Below are positions 17,988 to 28,259 of a stretch of DNA of 32,473 nt, in pieces. The stretch is from Candidatus Nomurabacteria bacterium RIFCSPLOWO2_01_FULL_41_12 (GTDB lineage: Bacteria; Patescibacteriota; Minisyncoccia; Phycocordibacterales; UBA9973), in contig MFUY01000011.1 in the NCBI GenBank assembly GCA_001787035.1, positions 1-32,473 on the forward strand. Reading direction: 5' to 3'. Position 1 is the stretch's first letter; the number at the start of each line of letters is the position of its first letter. A program made the position numbers and the translations under genes. The notes below the pieces were generated by a model that saw only the letters and a list, made by a program, of their open reading frames with translations, searched no databases and had not been told where the DNA came from.

Positions 17988-18963
17988 CCCAAAAGAACCA
18001 TGGAATTTAAAAGCACAAATGCTAGAAGCTATCCGAGAAAACGGAGGATTTGTGAATTGTCACGGTCATTTTGATAAGGCTTATTACATTACCCGTGAGG
18101 GTTTGGATAAGGCCCATGTTGATATGGAAGTAAAGTGGCGTATGAGTGATGGTATAAAACGTGCATCCAGTGTTGAGGATATAAAAGAAAGAATCAGACT
18201 TGCGCTGGACGTTTTAGTAGCTCAGGGATGCAAGTTAACATGCACGTTTATTGATGCATATGACGCAGTCGGGCATAAAGCTATAGACGCAGCTCTTGCA
18301 GTAAAAGAAGAATATAAGGATAAAATAACCATGCTTTTAGCAACCCAACCCTTGGGTGGTTTAGTAGATGATGATGCTCGCGCCCTTTATGAAGAAATCA
18401 CGGCTAAAGCAGATATTGCCGGTGGACTGCCTTCAAAAGATCGTCCAAATGACGAAAAGCATTTAGATTATCTTTTTGAAATTGCTAAAAAATTAAATAA
18501 GCCTGTGCACGTGCACATTGATCAGGAAAATAATCCAAATGAACGAGATACAGAAAAGTTGCTTAATGCGGTTGAAAGACATGGTTATCAGAATAGAACA
18601 GTAGCGGTACATGTGCTTTCGGTTTCAGCACAGCCGAAAGAATATCGAAAAAAGATTTATAAAAGAATGAAAGATTTGGGGGTGGCAGCAGTAAGTTGTC
18701 CTGCGGCTGGGATTTCTATGAGACAATTAGACCAATTTATGTCTAATGTTCATAATTCTATTGCGAATGTACCTGAAATGCTTGAAGCAGGAGTGCTTGT
18801 GGGTATCGGTGTGGATGATATCTGTGATTTTTACCAGCCATTTATCGATGGCGATATGTGGACAGAATTGCGCTTGATGCAAGAAGCTTGCCGATATTAT
18901 AACCTTGATGCGTTGGTAGAAATCGCTTCCACTAACGGAGCTAAAATACTAGCATACGAATAA
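17980..18963 (+). CDS. Amidohydrolase, cytosine deaminase (CodA)-like
   Basis: FVNCHGHFDKA, VHVHIDQE, AVH, SCP, GIGVDDICD metal-ligand motifs. Overlaps the argH stop by 8 bp. Confidence 0.8.
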   Translation: MYNPKEPWNLKAQMLEAIRENGGFVNCHGHFDKAYYITREGLDKAHVDMEVKWRMSDGIKRASSVEDIKERIRLALDVLVAQGCKLTCTFIDAYDAVGHKAIDAALAVKEEYKDKITMLLATQPLGGLVDDDARALYEEITAKADIAGGLPSKDRPNDEKHLDYLFEIAKKLNKPVHVHIDQENNPNERDTEKLLNAVERHGYQNRTVAVHVLSVSAQPKEYRKKIYKRMKDLGVAAVSCPAAGISMRQLDQFMSNVHNSIANVPEMLEAGVLVGIGVDDICDFYQPFIDGDMWTELRLMQEACRYYNLDALVEIASTNGAKILAYE

Positions 18964-18966
18964 CTT

Positions 18967-20025
18967 TTATTGACTCTCCAAAAACACAAAAATTTTCTCA
19001 TTAGTAAGTACATTTTCCGCGTGCATGCGGGCGCGCTCGGAGTCGGCACCCTTGTAGTGCTCTAGTATTTGAGCTACTTCTTTTGCAACTTCTTCTTCGG
19101 GGGCAGTAATTTTTTCAATCTTGGCGATTTCATTCAATATGAGTCCGAGTTTAGCTTTCTTTTCAGCATCAGTTCTGAATTCTTTTCTCAAATCTTCAAC
19201 CTTTTTATTCAGGTGTTTCAAATAGTCTTCAAACTTCAACCCCATAGCAGTAATGTCGGACTCCATTCTGTATAAAATTTTGTCCAATTCAACTTCGGTT
19301 AAGACCTCGGGCAGTTCCAAAACGCTGTCATCAATTATTTTCTCAATTATTTTCAGCCTAATTTTTTCTTTTGCGGCGTTTTGTTTTTCCAATTTGATGT
19401 TTTCGCGCAGTTTATTTTTGAAATCCTCTATGTTTAGGAAGGGTCCTAAGCCTTTTACGAAATCATCATCAAATTCTGGCAGATTCAAGGTGTCCGACAC
19501 CGGATTCTTGGTGTCGGACACCTGAATTTCCTCTGCCATACGCACCTTCGGCGCCCGGGATTTGCGTATATCCATGATTGTATTTTCTAAGTCTTTATCT
19601 GACACGACGAAATCCTTCTCTTCCGGTTTTATGTTCCTAGTGATTTTTTGAGCGATTTTTTTATAGTTTCCTAGCTTGATATCCGGCAATATCGAGACTT
19701 TTATTTTAAATCCCAAGGGGTTTTTGCGGGCTAATTTTGTGATGGAAATTTCCGGCCGGCCAATGGCATCAATTTTCTTCTCTTCTAGTATTTTCGGATA
19801 ATGTTCCGTGAGCGCGAGCTCCGCCATCTCTTCCAAGATGCGAATTTCCGGAACTTTGGAAATAAGAACACTTTCTGGAATTTTTCCTTTTCTAAATCCG
19901 TCTAATTCGAAGTGTTGGCCGATTTTTTTTAGTGTAGCCTTAAAATAGCTCTCAAATGCTTCAGCTTCCAGCTCTCCCTCAATCTCCACCTCGCTTTTCG
20001 GTAATTTTTTAATTGTTACAAGCAT
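18967..20025 (-). CDS. tig: Trigger factor lacking the PPIase domain
   Basis: Ribosome-binding GFRKGKIP, LPEFDDDFVK and C-terminal chaperone domain. Only 352 aa. Confidence 0.9.
   Translation of the reverse strand: MLVTIKKLPKSEVEIEGELEAEAFESYFKATLKKIGQHFELDGFRKGKIPESVLISKVPEIRILEEMAELALTEHYPKILEEKKIDAIGRPEISITKLARKNPLGFKIKVSILPDIKLGNYKKIAQKITRNIKPEEKDFVVSDKDLENTIMDIRKSRAPKVRMAEEIQVSDTKNPVSDTLNLPEFDDDFVKGLGPFLNIEDFKNKLRENIKLEKQNAAKEKIRLKIIEKIIDDSVLELPEVLTEVELDKILYRMESDITAMGLKFEDYLKHLNKKVEDLRKEFRTDAEKKAKLGLILNEIAKIEKITAPEEEVAKEVAQILEHYKGADSERARMHAENVLTNEKIFVFLESQ
19483..19527. repeat. Hairpin in-frame in tig (QVSDTKNPVSDTL)
   Basis: Perfect 14-bp stem aggtgtccgacacc (19488-19501) / ggtgtcggacacct (19510-19523). 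Each arm is itself palindromic. Confidence 0.8.
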
Positions 20026-20030
20026 CCTTC

Positions 20031-20252
20031 CTAGTTTACAGCATCTACATCAACGCCAGTTTGAGTGTCTGTCATTTGCAGATCCGCTTCTAGCGTATCT
20101 AGCTCGCTAGAGTCCTCGGTCGTGATATTCTCTTGAATCGGCGCTTCCGGCATCTCTTGCGATTGCCAGATATACAGCCCACCGACAACGAGGATAATGA
20201 TAATTATTGCAAGTCCGACGAGCGCTCCATTTGATTTTTTTTCTGGTTCCAT
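20031..20252 (-). CDS. Small single-pass membrane protein with acidic tail
   Basis: GALVGLAIIIIILVVGGLYIW TM. Lies in a codirectional run with tig. Confidence 0.7.
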   Translation of the reverse strand: MEPEKKSNGALVGLAIIIIILVVGGLYIWQSQEMPEAPIQENITTEDSSELDTLEADLQMTDTQTGVDVDAVN

Positions 20253-20277
20253 AATTTTTTATTTCTTATCTAATAAT

Positions 20278-21168
20278 TTATTGAGTAACTTCCGTTGTCG
20301 TGGAAGCTGTACTTGCATCAGTTGACGTGGTTGTTGCCGCGCTTGTTTTTTCAACTTCTACTTTTCTTTTCAAGGCATTCTTTAATGATTTAACGGCATC
20401 ATTGAGAGTACGATGCGCTTCTTTTATGAGAGTTTGTGTTTCCTGATTTAATGTTTTCAATTTTGCTTTATTTTCCGCCGTAAGTTCGTCAATCGATGCG
20501 GATAGCAGTGCACTAGCTTCTGCCACTTTCGCTACTGCGGCGCTTAATGCTGTTTCAGCTTTTATCACTAAGTCTTTTGCGCTTGTGATATCTGCTCCTT
20601 TTGCCTCCAGTTTAATTATATGGTCATTAACCCTATCTTTTAGATTATTCATTCTTTCAACCGCCGCATCAAATCTCTCCAGCGCTTTTTCTCGCCCGAC
20701 GACTCTTAGCTCTTTTATTCTTGCCTTTGCTCCATCTTTTTCTTCTTTGATTTTAGCTTTAAGGTCTCCGATTTTCTGTTTTGTCTCTTCTTTCATAGCT
20801 TCTCTCTTTTCTTTCATTTCTTCTTTCTTTGCTTCCAGCTCTTTTTTCAATTCTTCTCTCTTCAACTTCACTTCCTCCTTCACTTCTTTCCTCTCGTCTT
20901 TTATTTCTTGGCGGTTTTCCTGTGCTTGGGTTTTGACTTCCATTCTCTTGTCTTTAACTTCCGTTCGCACCGCTTCACGCTTGACTTTCAAATCAGCTTG
21001 AGCTTTAACCCTTGTCTCTGCGTTGATGCGTTTTTGCTCCGGAGCAAGAACGTTGCTTGTTGTTGCGCCTTCTCCCGTATTAGAAGATACATCATCTTCC
21101 GCTTTTGCTACAGTACTTATGGCAAATGCCATTGTTAAAACAACCAATAAACCTAAGTATTTTTTCAT
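20278..21168 (-). CDS. Secreted coiled-coil protein
   Basis: Signal peptide MKKYLGLLVVLTMAFAISTVAKA, long E/K-rich helices, Thr-rich tail. Confidence 0.75.
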   Translation of the reverse strand: MKKYLGLLVVLTMAFAISTVAKAEDDVSSNTGEGATTSNVLAPEQKRINAETRVKAQADLKVKREAVRTEVKDKRMEVKTQAQENRQEIKDERKEVKEEVKLKREELKKELEAKKEEMKEKREAMKEETKQKIGDLKAKIKEEKDGAKARIKELRVVGREKALERFDAAVERMNNLKDRVNDHIIKLEAKGADITSAKDLVIKAETALSAAVAKVAEASALLSASIDELTAENKAKLKTLNQETQTLIKEAHRTLNDAVKSLKNALKRKVEVEKTSAATTTSTDASTASTTTEVTQ

Positions 21169-21255
21169 GGTTCTATTTTATCACCATGACCCTGAGCTTG
21201 TCGCATGGATCATAATTTTAAACGCTAAAAATCTTATAATTTTGACCTGCTCTAA

Positions 21256-23280
21256 TTATATCAAAAAAGCAACTAAAAGCAAAGCGACAATGTTTAGAAT
21301 TTTTATCATTGGGTTGATGGCAGGACCGGCGGTGTCTTTATAAGGATCGCCGACAGTATCTCCGGTAACTGCAGCTTTATGGGCATCACTTCCCTTACCG
21401 CCGTGATTGCCTTGTTCAATGTGTTTTTTTGCATTATCCCAAGCGCCTCCCCCGGAGGTCATAGAAATTGCCACAAAAAGTCCTGTGATAATAGAGCCGA
21501 CAAGAAGTCCCCCAAGCACCACCAAGCCTTTATCTTTTCCAAAAATTAAGACCACTAAAATCGGCGCAAGTACTGGTATCAAAGCTGGCACTATCATTTG
21601 TTTTATGGCTGCACCCGTGATAATTGAAACGGCCTTAGCGTAGTCGGGCCTTGCTCTTCCATCCATGATTCCTTTTATCTCTCTAAATTGCCTGCGGATT
21701 TCTTCAACCACTTTACCCGCAGTTTTTCCTACAGCTTCCATGCAAAGCGCAGCGAAATAATATGGTAGAAGTCCTCCAAGAAAGAGGCCAACGATAACAT
21801 ATGGATTACTCAAATCAAAAGAAATATTTTTTCCAGCTTTTACTATTTCTTCTGTATAAGACGCAAACAGAACAAGGGAAGCAAGTCCGGCAGAACCAAT
21901 GGCATAGCCTTTGGTGACGGCCTTGGTAGTATTTCCTACAGCGTCTAAGGCATCGGTAATTTCCCTGACTTCCGAAGGCATCCCTGACATTTCTGCGATA
22001 CCCCCAGCATTGTCTGTGATAGGACCATATGCGTCTATCGCCACAATAATTCCCGTCATTGAGAGCATGGACATTGCGGCAATAGCAATTCCATAAAGCC
22101 CGCCATAATGATAGCTGATTAAAATGCCGAGAACAATTGTGATTAAAGGCCACGCGGTAGATTTCATTGAAATAGCTAAACCCTGAATGACATTTGTGCC
22201 ATGACCAGACAAGGAGGCCTTGGCGATGGATTGCACCGGGGAATATTTGGTGGAAGTAAAATATTCTGTAATGACCACAAGAGCTCCAGTAACCAATAAC
22301 CCCACCAAAGAACAGAGAAATAAATCTATTACTGTGTATTTACCGTTACCCCTCATAAGTAATTCTGTAACAGGATAGAAAAGAGCGGCAGCAATAACAC
22401 CAGAAGCGATAAGTCCTTTATACAAAGCGCCCATTATATTTTGAGACTGATCTTTCCCTTTGCCAAGTCTGACGAACCAAGTACCTATAATTGATGCGAA
22501 GATTGCCATTCCACCAATGACCAGGGGATAAATAATTGCGTTCTCAAATTGAGTAAACAAGAGTGAACCGAGTAGCATTGTCGCAATTGAAGTAACAGCG
22601 TAAGTTTCAAAAAGATCAGCGGCCATACCGGCGCAATCGCCGACATTATCTCCAACATTGTCCGCAATAACTCCGGGATTTCTCGGATCATCTTCTGGAA
22701 TGCCTGCCTCAAGTTTACCAACAAGGTCAGCGCCAACATCAGCTGCTTTAGTAAATATACCTCCACCCAATCTTGCGAAGACTGAAATAAGAGAGGCACC
22801 AAAACCGAGTCCAACTAAAGCTGTAATATCTCGGGTGATTGCGTAAAAAACGGTAACACCAAGTAAGGCAAGTCCAACCACTAAAAGTCCGGTGACCGTT
22901 CCGCCCTTAAAGGCCAAAGAAAGTGCGTCGCTAAGTCCACCCCTTGCAGCTTCTGTTGTTCTAACGTTCGCCCTAACCGATACATTCATGCCTATATAAC
23001 CCGCCAGGGCGGAGAAAATAGCTCCAACTAAAAACCCCAGAGCCATAACCCATCCCAATTTTGGTATAAGGCCGATGACAAAGAAAAGTACCATGGCAAT
23101 AATGCCAATCGTTTTGTATTGTTTATTTAAATAAGCATTAGCGCCCTCCTCTATCGCCTTAGCAATTTCTCGCATACGCTCATTTCCAGGGCTCTTTTTT
23201 AATATTGACTTTGCTAGAAATAGACCATAAACAATGGCTATAACTGAACTAACAGTTGCAAACAATAAAAATTTATCCAT
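21256..23280 (-). CDS. hppA: Membrane-bound pyrophosphatase, K+-independent proton-pumping type
   Basis: [56 protein letters not shown] has Lys at the Ala/Lys determinant, indicating K+-independence. Confidence 0.95.
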   Translation of the reverse strand: MDKFLLFATVSSVIAIVYGLFLAKSILKKSPGNERMREIAKAIEEGANAYLNKQYKTIGIIAMVLFFVIGLIPKLGWVMALGFLVGAIFSALAGYIGMNVSVRANVRTTEAARGGLSDALSLAFKGGTVTGLLVVGLALLGVTVFYAITRDITALVGLGFGASLISVFARLGGGIFTKAADVGADLVGKLEAGIPEDDPRNPGVIADNVGDNVGDCAGMAADLFETYAVTSIATMLLGSLLFTQFENAIIYPLVIGGMAIFASIIGTWFVRLGKGKDQSQNIMGALYKGLIASGVIAAALFYPVTELLMRGNGKYTVIDLFLCSLVGLLVTGALVVITEYFTSTKYSPVQSIAKASLSGHGTNVIQGLAISMKSTAWPLITIVLGILISYHYGGLYGIAIAAMSMLSMTGIIVAIDAYGPITDNAGGIAEMSGMPSEVREITDALDAVGNTTKAVTKGYAIGSAGLASLVLFASYTEEIVKAGKNISFDLSNPYVIVGLFLGGLLPYYFAALCMEAVGKTAGKVVEEIRRQFREIKGIMDGRARPDYAKAVSIITGAAIKQMIVPALIPVLAPILVVLIFGKDKGLVVLGGLLVGSIITGLFVAISMTSGGGAWDNAKKHIEQGNHGGKGSDAHKAAVTGDTVGDPYKDTAGPAINPMIKILNIVALLLVAFLI

Positions 23281-23295
23281 ATTTTTAAGTATATC

Positions 23296-24510
23296 TTACT
23301 CTTCTTTTTTTTCAATCACTTCTTCAGTTTCCGTAGAGACCACTTCTTTGCCGTCGCCCTTGATGTCTATCCTCCACCCAGTCAGCTTGGCCGCTAGGCG
23401 CACGTTTTGTCCACCCTTGCCGATAGCCAGCGATAATTGATCATTGGCTACTTCTACCGTGGCTTTGTGGTCCTTTTCATCCACTTCAATTGCAACGACT
23501 TTTGCCGGAGAAATGGCATTGGCAACAAAGATTTTCGGATCCGAAGACCAGGGAATAATATCGATTTTCTCGCCACCTAGCTCTCCGGTCACGGTGTTTA
23601 CCCGCGTGCCTTTCTGCCCGACGCATGAGCCGACTGGGTCTATGTGCTCGTCGTTTGAAAATACCGCTATCTTGGAACGGGCGCCGGCTTCCCGGGCTAC
23701 AGATTTTATCTCAACGATTCCATTTTGAATTTCCGGCGCTTCCACAGCAAAAAGCTTTTCTATGAATTTCGGATGCGTGCGGGAAAGGCGTAAATTAATG
23801 CCCCTTGGCGTGTCTTCCACGGAATAGAGATATGCTCGCACGCGAGCCCCTCTCTGGAAAGATTCCCCGGGAATTTGCTCTTCGGCGGACAGGATGCCTG
23901 TGGCGCGATTGAAATCAACATAGACATTTCCTCTTTCAACTTTCTGCACTATTCCCCCGATGATTTCTCCTTCTTTTGTCCCATATTCATCAATGATAGA
24001 CGTGCGTTCAGCCTCGCGGATTTTCTGTATTATGACCTGCTTGGCGGTCTGGGCGGCGATGCGTCCGTAATCTTCTTTTGCCTCTAATGGGAAAATAACT
24101 TCATCATTTAATTCCACCCCTTTTTTTATTTTCTTTGCATCTTCCAGCATCAGGTGATGTTCCGGATTGAAGTGCACTCGTTCGTCTTCTATATCTTTTA
24201 CAGAATATTCCCCGCCTGCATCAGCTATGCCGAAAGCATTGCGGGCAGGTTGCTCATTTTCCTTACCTTTATTTTTATCCCCATCTAAGATTGCGATAGT
24301 TTCATCAACCACGATTTTTACTTGGAAAAATTCCGTTTTGCCGGTCTCCAGGTCGAATTTAGCCCGGATAATTTGCCCTTTTTTGCCGTAATCCTTTTTA
24401 TAAGCGGCCGCCATTGCTTGCTCTATAGCGTCTAATATTTTTTCTTTTGGAATTTTCCTTTCTTCTTCGAGCTGTTCCAGGGCTGACTTGAACGTCTTTA
24501 GGTCTAACAT
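23296..24510 (-). CDS. nusA: Transcription termination/antitermination factor NusA
   Basis: YGRIAAQTAKQVIIQKIREAER, S1 domain, AREAGARSKIAV, DPVGSCVG, LSLAIGKGGQNVRLAAKLTGWRIDI. Confidence 0.97.
   Translation of the reverse strand: MLDLKTFKSALEQLEEERKIPKEKILDAIEQAMAAAYKKDYGKKGQIIRAKFDLETGKTEFFQVKIVVDETIAILDGDKNKGKENEQPARNAFGIADAGGEYSVKDIEDERVHFNPEHHLMLEDAKKIKKGVELNDEVIFPLEAKEDYGRIAAQTAKQVIIQKIREAERTSIIDEYGTKEGEIIGGIVQKVERGNVYVDFNRATGILSAEEQIPGESFQRGARVRAYLYSVEDTPRGINLRLSRTHPKFIEKLFAVEAPEIQNGIVEIKSVAREAGARSKIAVFSNDEHIDPVGSCVGQKGTRVNTVTGELGGEKIDIIPWSSDPKIFVANAISPAKVVAIEVDEKDHKATVEVANDQLSLAIGKGGQNVRLAAKLTGWRIDIKGDGKEVVSTETEEVIEKKEE
24208..24251. repeat. Palindromic repeat, copy 2, in-frame inside nusA (PARNAFGIADAGG)
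   Basis: ttccccgcctgcatcagctatgccgaaagcattgcgggcaggtt; 41/44 identical to 751-794. Confidence 0.9.
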
Positions 24511-24574
24511 AATATATTTTCTTTAATTTTATAAACAAAAAGAGCCCCGCTAGCACAGGACTCATACGTAGTGT

Positions 24575-24603
24575 ATAGTATCACAAGGTTTATGGAAACG
24601 CAA
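24575..24603 (-). promoter_or_regulatory. nusA promoter
   Basis: TTGCGT-17-TACTAT with extended TG on the minus strand. Confidence 0.55.
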
Positions 24604-26001
24604 TACTTGCGAAAAATTTGGGAAACAAATACCCATTCATTCTTAGTTCTGCTCGTTGTGTCGGGGTGTATTTTTTATTATGGCTATTTTACAAATCCTA
24701 TGGTTAAAAATGGAATGATCACAGTTATTATAAATGACAAAGGATTTTCTCCAGAAAAAATTATTGTTCCTCAAGGTACAACAGTGAAGTGGGTTAATCA
24801 AGATGAGCGTCCACATTGGCCGGCTTCCAATTTCCATCCGACTCATAGTCTCTACCCGGAGCAGGGCGGCTGTATTGGAAGTCTGTTTGATGCTTGCCGG
24901 AGTCTTAAAGAGGGAGAATATTACTCTTTCAAATTTGACATTGCCGGTATTTGGCCAGTGCATGATCACCTTTCTCCGGGGATGATTATGGTGATAGAGG
25001 TTGTTGACCCCGTTAAAAGTGCTCGCGACGGAGTCGCGAGTTTAAAAGACCGCAGCGCGGCTACTTCTAACGGGGTAACTGCTGCTGAATTCCGCCAGCT
25101 TGATTATGGCAAACAAATGGAAATCATTAAATCCATGGCAACTAGTAATCCGAATAAAGCATGGGGTTATCTCAAGAATAGCTACATAGTTGACGGCCAG
25201 GTAGTCGGCAATGCCCATGAGTTTGCCCACATTGTCGGTAATCTTGCATTTGAAAAATTCAGCTTGGATGGGATAAAAGTTTGCGACGCAACATTTGCTT
25301 TTGGCTGTTTTCATGGAGTTACGGAAAAGATGCTTTTAAGTGAAGGCCTGGGGGTTATTAAGTCTATAGAAAATGGATGTTTAGAAATTTTCCCGCCGGA
25401 TAAATCGCAGGATTATACCAGCTGTATTCACGGGACGGGCCATGGGGTGTATAGTTTTGAAGGAGGGGACATGAAGGAGGCTCTTATTGATTGTGATATT
25501 ATCAGCGAACCCTACAGGCAGTATTGCTATGACGGGGTATTTATGGAACGTTCTTCCCAGCCGGATGCTAAAATATTTGACAATAAAAATCCATGGAAAT
25601 TTTGTACCGATCTTCCCGAGCGTTATCATCGCAATTGCGCCAGATATCAGAGCCAGATTTTCTTAGGCGCATTTGGCTCGCTGGGTTCCGTCAAAGCAGT
25701 CGGCAAAAATTGCGCTCTCGGATCGTCAGTATTGCTGCGAGAAACATGCTATGAAAGTCTTGGTTATTATATAGCTCAGCAATCTCTTGGAAAAATGTCA
25801 GAAATTTTAGAAAGTTGTAAACAAATGCCCAATACCGACGGACAGTCAGAGGGGGGAGAGATATGCATGATGGGTGGAGCAATTGAAAGTGTTTTTCAGA
25901 AATATCTTGATTTTCGGGACACTTCCTATAGGCTATGTAATAGCTTAACCGAGCTAAGGCGAGTATTATGTTTTAACAATATAGAAAGGATGCTTAAATG
26001 A
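24592..26001 (+). CDS. Membrane-anchored cupredoxin-domain protein with a Cys/His-rich helical domain
   Basis: TM; GFSPEKIIVPQGTTVKWVN..HWPASNFHPTH..WPVHDHLSPGM cupredoxin; then HEFAHIVG, CFHGVTE, CIHGTGHG, CYDGVFME. Start uncertain (24571 or 24592). Confidence 0.75.
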   Translation: METQYLRKIWETNTHSFLVLLVVSGCIFYYGYFTNPMVKNGMITVIINDKGFSPEKIIVPQGTTVKWVNQDERPHWPASNFHPTHSLYPEQGGCIGSLFDACRSLKEGEYYSFKFDIAGIWPVHDHLSPGMIMVIEVVDPVKSARDGVASLKDRSAATSNGVTAAEFRQLDYGKQMEIIKSMATSNPNKAWGYLKNSYIVDGQVVGNAHEFAHIVGNLAFEKFSLDGIKVCDATFAFGCFHGVTEKMLLSEGLGVIKSIENGCLEIFPPDKSQDYTSCIHGTGHGVYSFEGGDMKEALIDCDIISEPYRQYCYDGVFMERSSQPDAKIFDNKNPWKFCTDLPERYHRNCARYQSQIFLGAFGSLGSVKAVGKNCALGSSVLLRETCYESLGYYIAQQSLGKMSEILESCKQMPNTDGQSEGGEICMMGGAIESVFQKYLDFRDTSYRLCNSLTELRRVLCFNNIERMLK

Positions 26002-28259
26002 AAAATAAAATTTTACAACTGATCAAGATTTTTGCCATTGTGTTTTTGATATTTTTATTTTCAAATCTAAATTTTTTCTTTGGTTCGCGCCCGGCGTGGA
26101 AAGATAATCCAGGATTGATTATGGCCAGAAATATTCATGATTACTGCCTAAAGAACGCAAGTCTTTCTAAAGGCAAAGACAATTGTTATGCGGAGGAATT
26201 TAAAAAGCTCGGTGAGCAAAATGGGGACGTTTTTAGTTTTAAAGTTTTAGATAGTCTGCAGAGAATTGACCCAGATGCTATTGGTTGCCATTTGATTGCC
26301 CATGGTATTGGCACAGGTTCATATAAAAGAGAACCGGAAAATTGGCGCATCTTGGTACAGAACATAAACAGCAGCTGCAGTTATGGAGCTCCTCATGGAG
26401 TTTTGGAAAGTTATGTTCTTACTTTACCAGAGAAAAGCCTGAGCAAAGATGTAATTCCTACTATCTGCGGCGAGGCTCCACGGGCTGACTGCAACCATAT
26501 CATCGGACATTTGCTTTTAGTCCAAACTGACGCTGACGTAAGTAAAGCCTTAAATTTATGCGAGGTATTTACCGACCCACGGCAGAATAATTTTTGCATA
26601 TCAGGAGTATTTATGGAGTATCAAACTGCGCTTAATTTAGTCGCGCATGATTTGGTTCCAAAGTCTTGGCTCAATTGGCCACCCAGACTAGGAGAATTAG
26701 AAAAATTATGCCGTTCTTATAGCGGCAAGTATGCCGAAGGATGCTGGGAGGAGATAGTTCATGTAGCGTTGGTAAAGTTTAACAACGATGCAAAGACGAT
26801 TTTTGATTTTTGTAGTACAGCCCAAGTTCCCAACGGAGCGAAAAGATGTAAAAGGCATTCAATCGGGATTATCGGCGCGTCGCGGAATTTTAATCTTGCC
26901 AGCTTGAAATCAATCTGCAGTCTTCCACAAAAGAATGACCCTAGTTTTGAAGAAGAGTGTTATACAGCGCTGGTTTCAAGCGCGCTTTCTACCATACCTT
27001 CCATTGTTCCCGAAGCAACTTCATTTTGCCAGAGTTTAGAAAAACAATTTCAGTCTTCTTGTCTTTCCATGGTTGACGCTATATCAGGTAAGGTTTATGT
27101 TAAAGGTTCCGGTAAAATTATAGCTCTTCAGGCTACGCAAGATAAGGATAAAATAGTGAAATTTTCTCCCGATGAATTTAAAATTTTATGGCCGAAAGCC
27201 TTATTTAAAATAGGCTCACAGAAAGACAATACTTTAAATAGCGAAATTGTGAGTATTAAAACTGTGCGAAACATAGATGAACAAGTTAAATTATATACAA
27301 AATTGATTGAAAGAGTGGGGCCAGAGCAGGCCCAAGAAGACCTTTTGCGTTCCGGATTACCTTTTGACGGGCAAACGCATCTTCTCAACCATACAGTGGG
27401 AGATTATTTATATTTAAAATACGGCGTAGCTGGGCTCTCACAATGTAAAGACTACTTTCTGTCTTCCTGTTACCATGGTTTTATCTTGCACGCGATAGCG
27501 GACGGTGGCATGAATAAAGTAGCTGAAGTTTTCGCTTCTTGTTATAAAGAAGGCTCGACCGTTTATATCCAATGCACTCACGCCATCGGCCACGGCTTTT
27601 TAGCGAATGCGGGTTATAAAAATTTAACGCAAGCCTTAAAAATTTGTGATGAAGCAATCAGTACCATACCGAACTTCCCGGCTTTTAATTGTTATGACGG
27701 AGTATTTATGGAAAATATTTGGGCAGTGCACGATGGCAAGCCTTCCCCAGACCGATGGATCAAGGAAGATGACATGGAGTACCCTTGTAATGACAAGCGG
27801 ATAGATGCTAAATATCTATTTGGCTGTTGGTCTAACCAGCCTTCTTTGGTCTTTCAGCTCTCCGGAGGTGATATCAAAAAAGTAGCAGATGTTTGTAGTA
27901 AAATAAAAAATTCTGGCTATCAAGAAACATGTTTCAATGGTCTTGCCAGACAAATCCATCCATTGACCAGCGGGGAAGTTGGAAAAACATTTGAACTGTG
28001 TGGCTTGATGCCTAGTTTGAAGTGGAATAATTATTGTGTATTTGTTAATGCCACCTCCAGTTATTCAGTGGGGGACAGAACTACCCCATTTGCAATGTGT
28101 GCCAACATCAATGGAAATGAGAAACAGGATTGTTATAATCAACTGTTTTCCATTATGCGGAGTTATGCCAAGCCCGGGGAAGACATAAAAAAATTATGCT
28201 CAAAAGTTTTCGAAATAGAGTGGCGTAAAAAATGCGAGTTGAGCCAGATATCCGGCTAA
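25998..28259 (+). CDS. Exported protein with two tandem Cys/His-rich domains
   Basis: N-terminal anchor; CHLIAHGIG/PHGVLE/CNHIIGH/CISGVFME and THLLNHTVG/CYHGFI/CTHAIGHG/CYDGVFME. ATGA-coupled to the upstream gene. Confidence 0.8.
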   Translation: MKNKILQLIKIFAIVFLIFLFSNLNFFFGSRPAWKDNPGLIMARNIHDYCLKNASLSKGKDNCYAEEFKKLGEQNGDVFSFKVLDSLQRIDPDAIGCHLIAHGIGTGSYKREPENWRILVQNINSSCSYGAPHGVLESYVLTLPEKSLSKDVIPTICGEAPRADCNHIIGHLLLVQTDADVSKALNLCEVFTDPRQNNFCISGVFMEYQTALNLVAHDLVPKSWLNWPPRLGELEKLCRSYSGKYAEGCWEEIVHVALVKFNNDAKTIFDFCSTAQVPNGAKRCKRHSIGIIGASRNFNLASLKSICSLPQKNDPSFEEECYTALVSSALSTIPSIVPEATSFCQSLEKQFQSSCLSMVDAISGKVYVKGSGKIIALQATQDKDKIVKFSPDEFKILWPKALFKIGSQKDNTLNSEIVSIKTVRNIDEQVKLYTKLIERVGPEQAQEDLLRSGLPFDGQTHLLNHTVGDYLYLKYGVAGLSQCKDYFLSSCYHGFILHAIADGGMNKVAEVFASCYKEGSTVYIQCTHAIGHGFLANAGYKNLTQALKICDEAISTIPNFPAFNCYDGVFMENIWAVHDGKPSPDRWIKEDDMEYPCNDKRIDAKYLFGCWSNQPSLVFQLSGGDIKKVADVCSKIKNSGYQETCFNGLARQIHPLTSGEVGKTFELCGLMPSLKWNNYCVFVNATSSYSVGDRTTPFAMCANINGNEKQDCYNQLFSIMRSYAKPGEDIKKLCSKVFEIEWRKKCELSQISG

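Noticed and set aside
18967..20025. tig as a pseudogene
   Set aside because: The ORF is intact with both N- and C-terminal domains; loss of the PPIase domain is a clean in-frame reduction.
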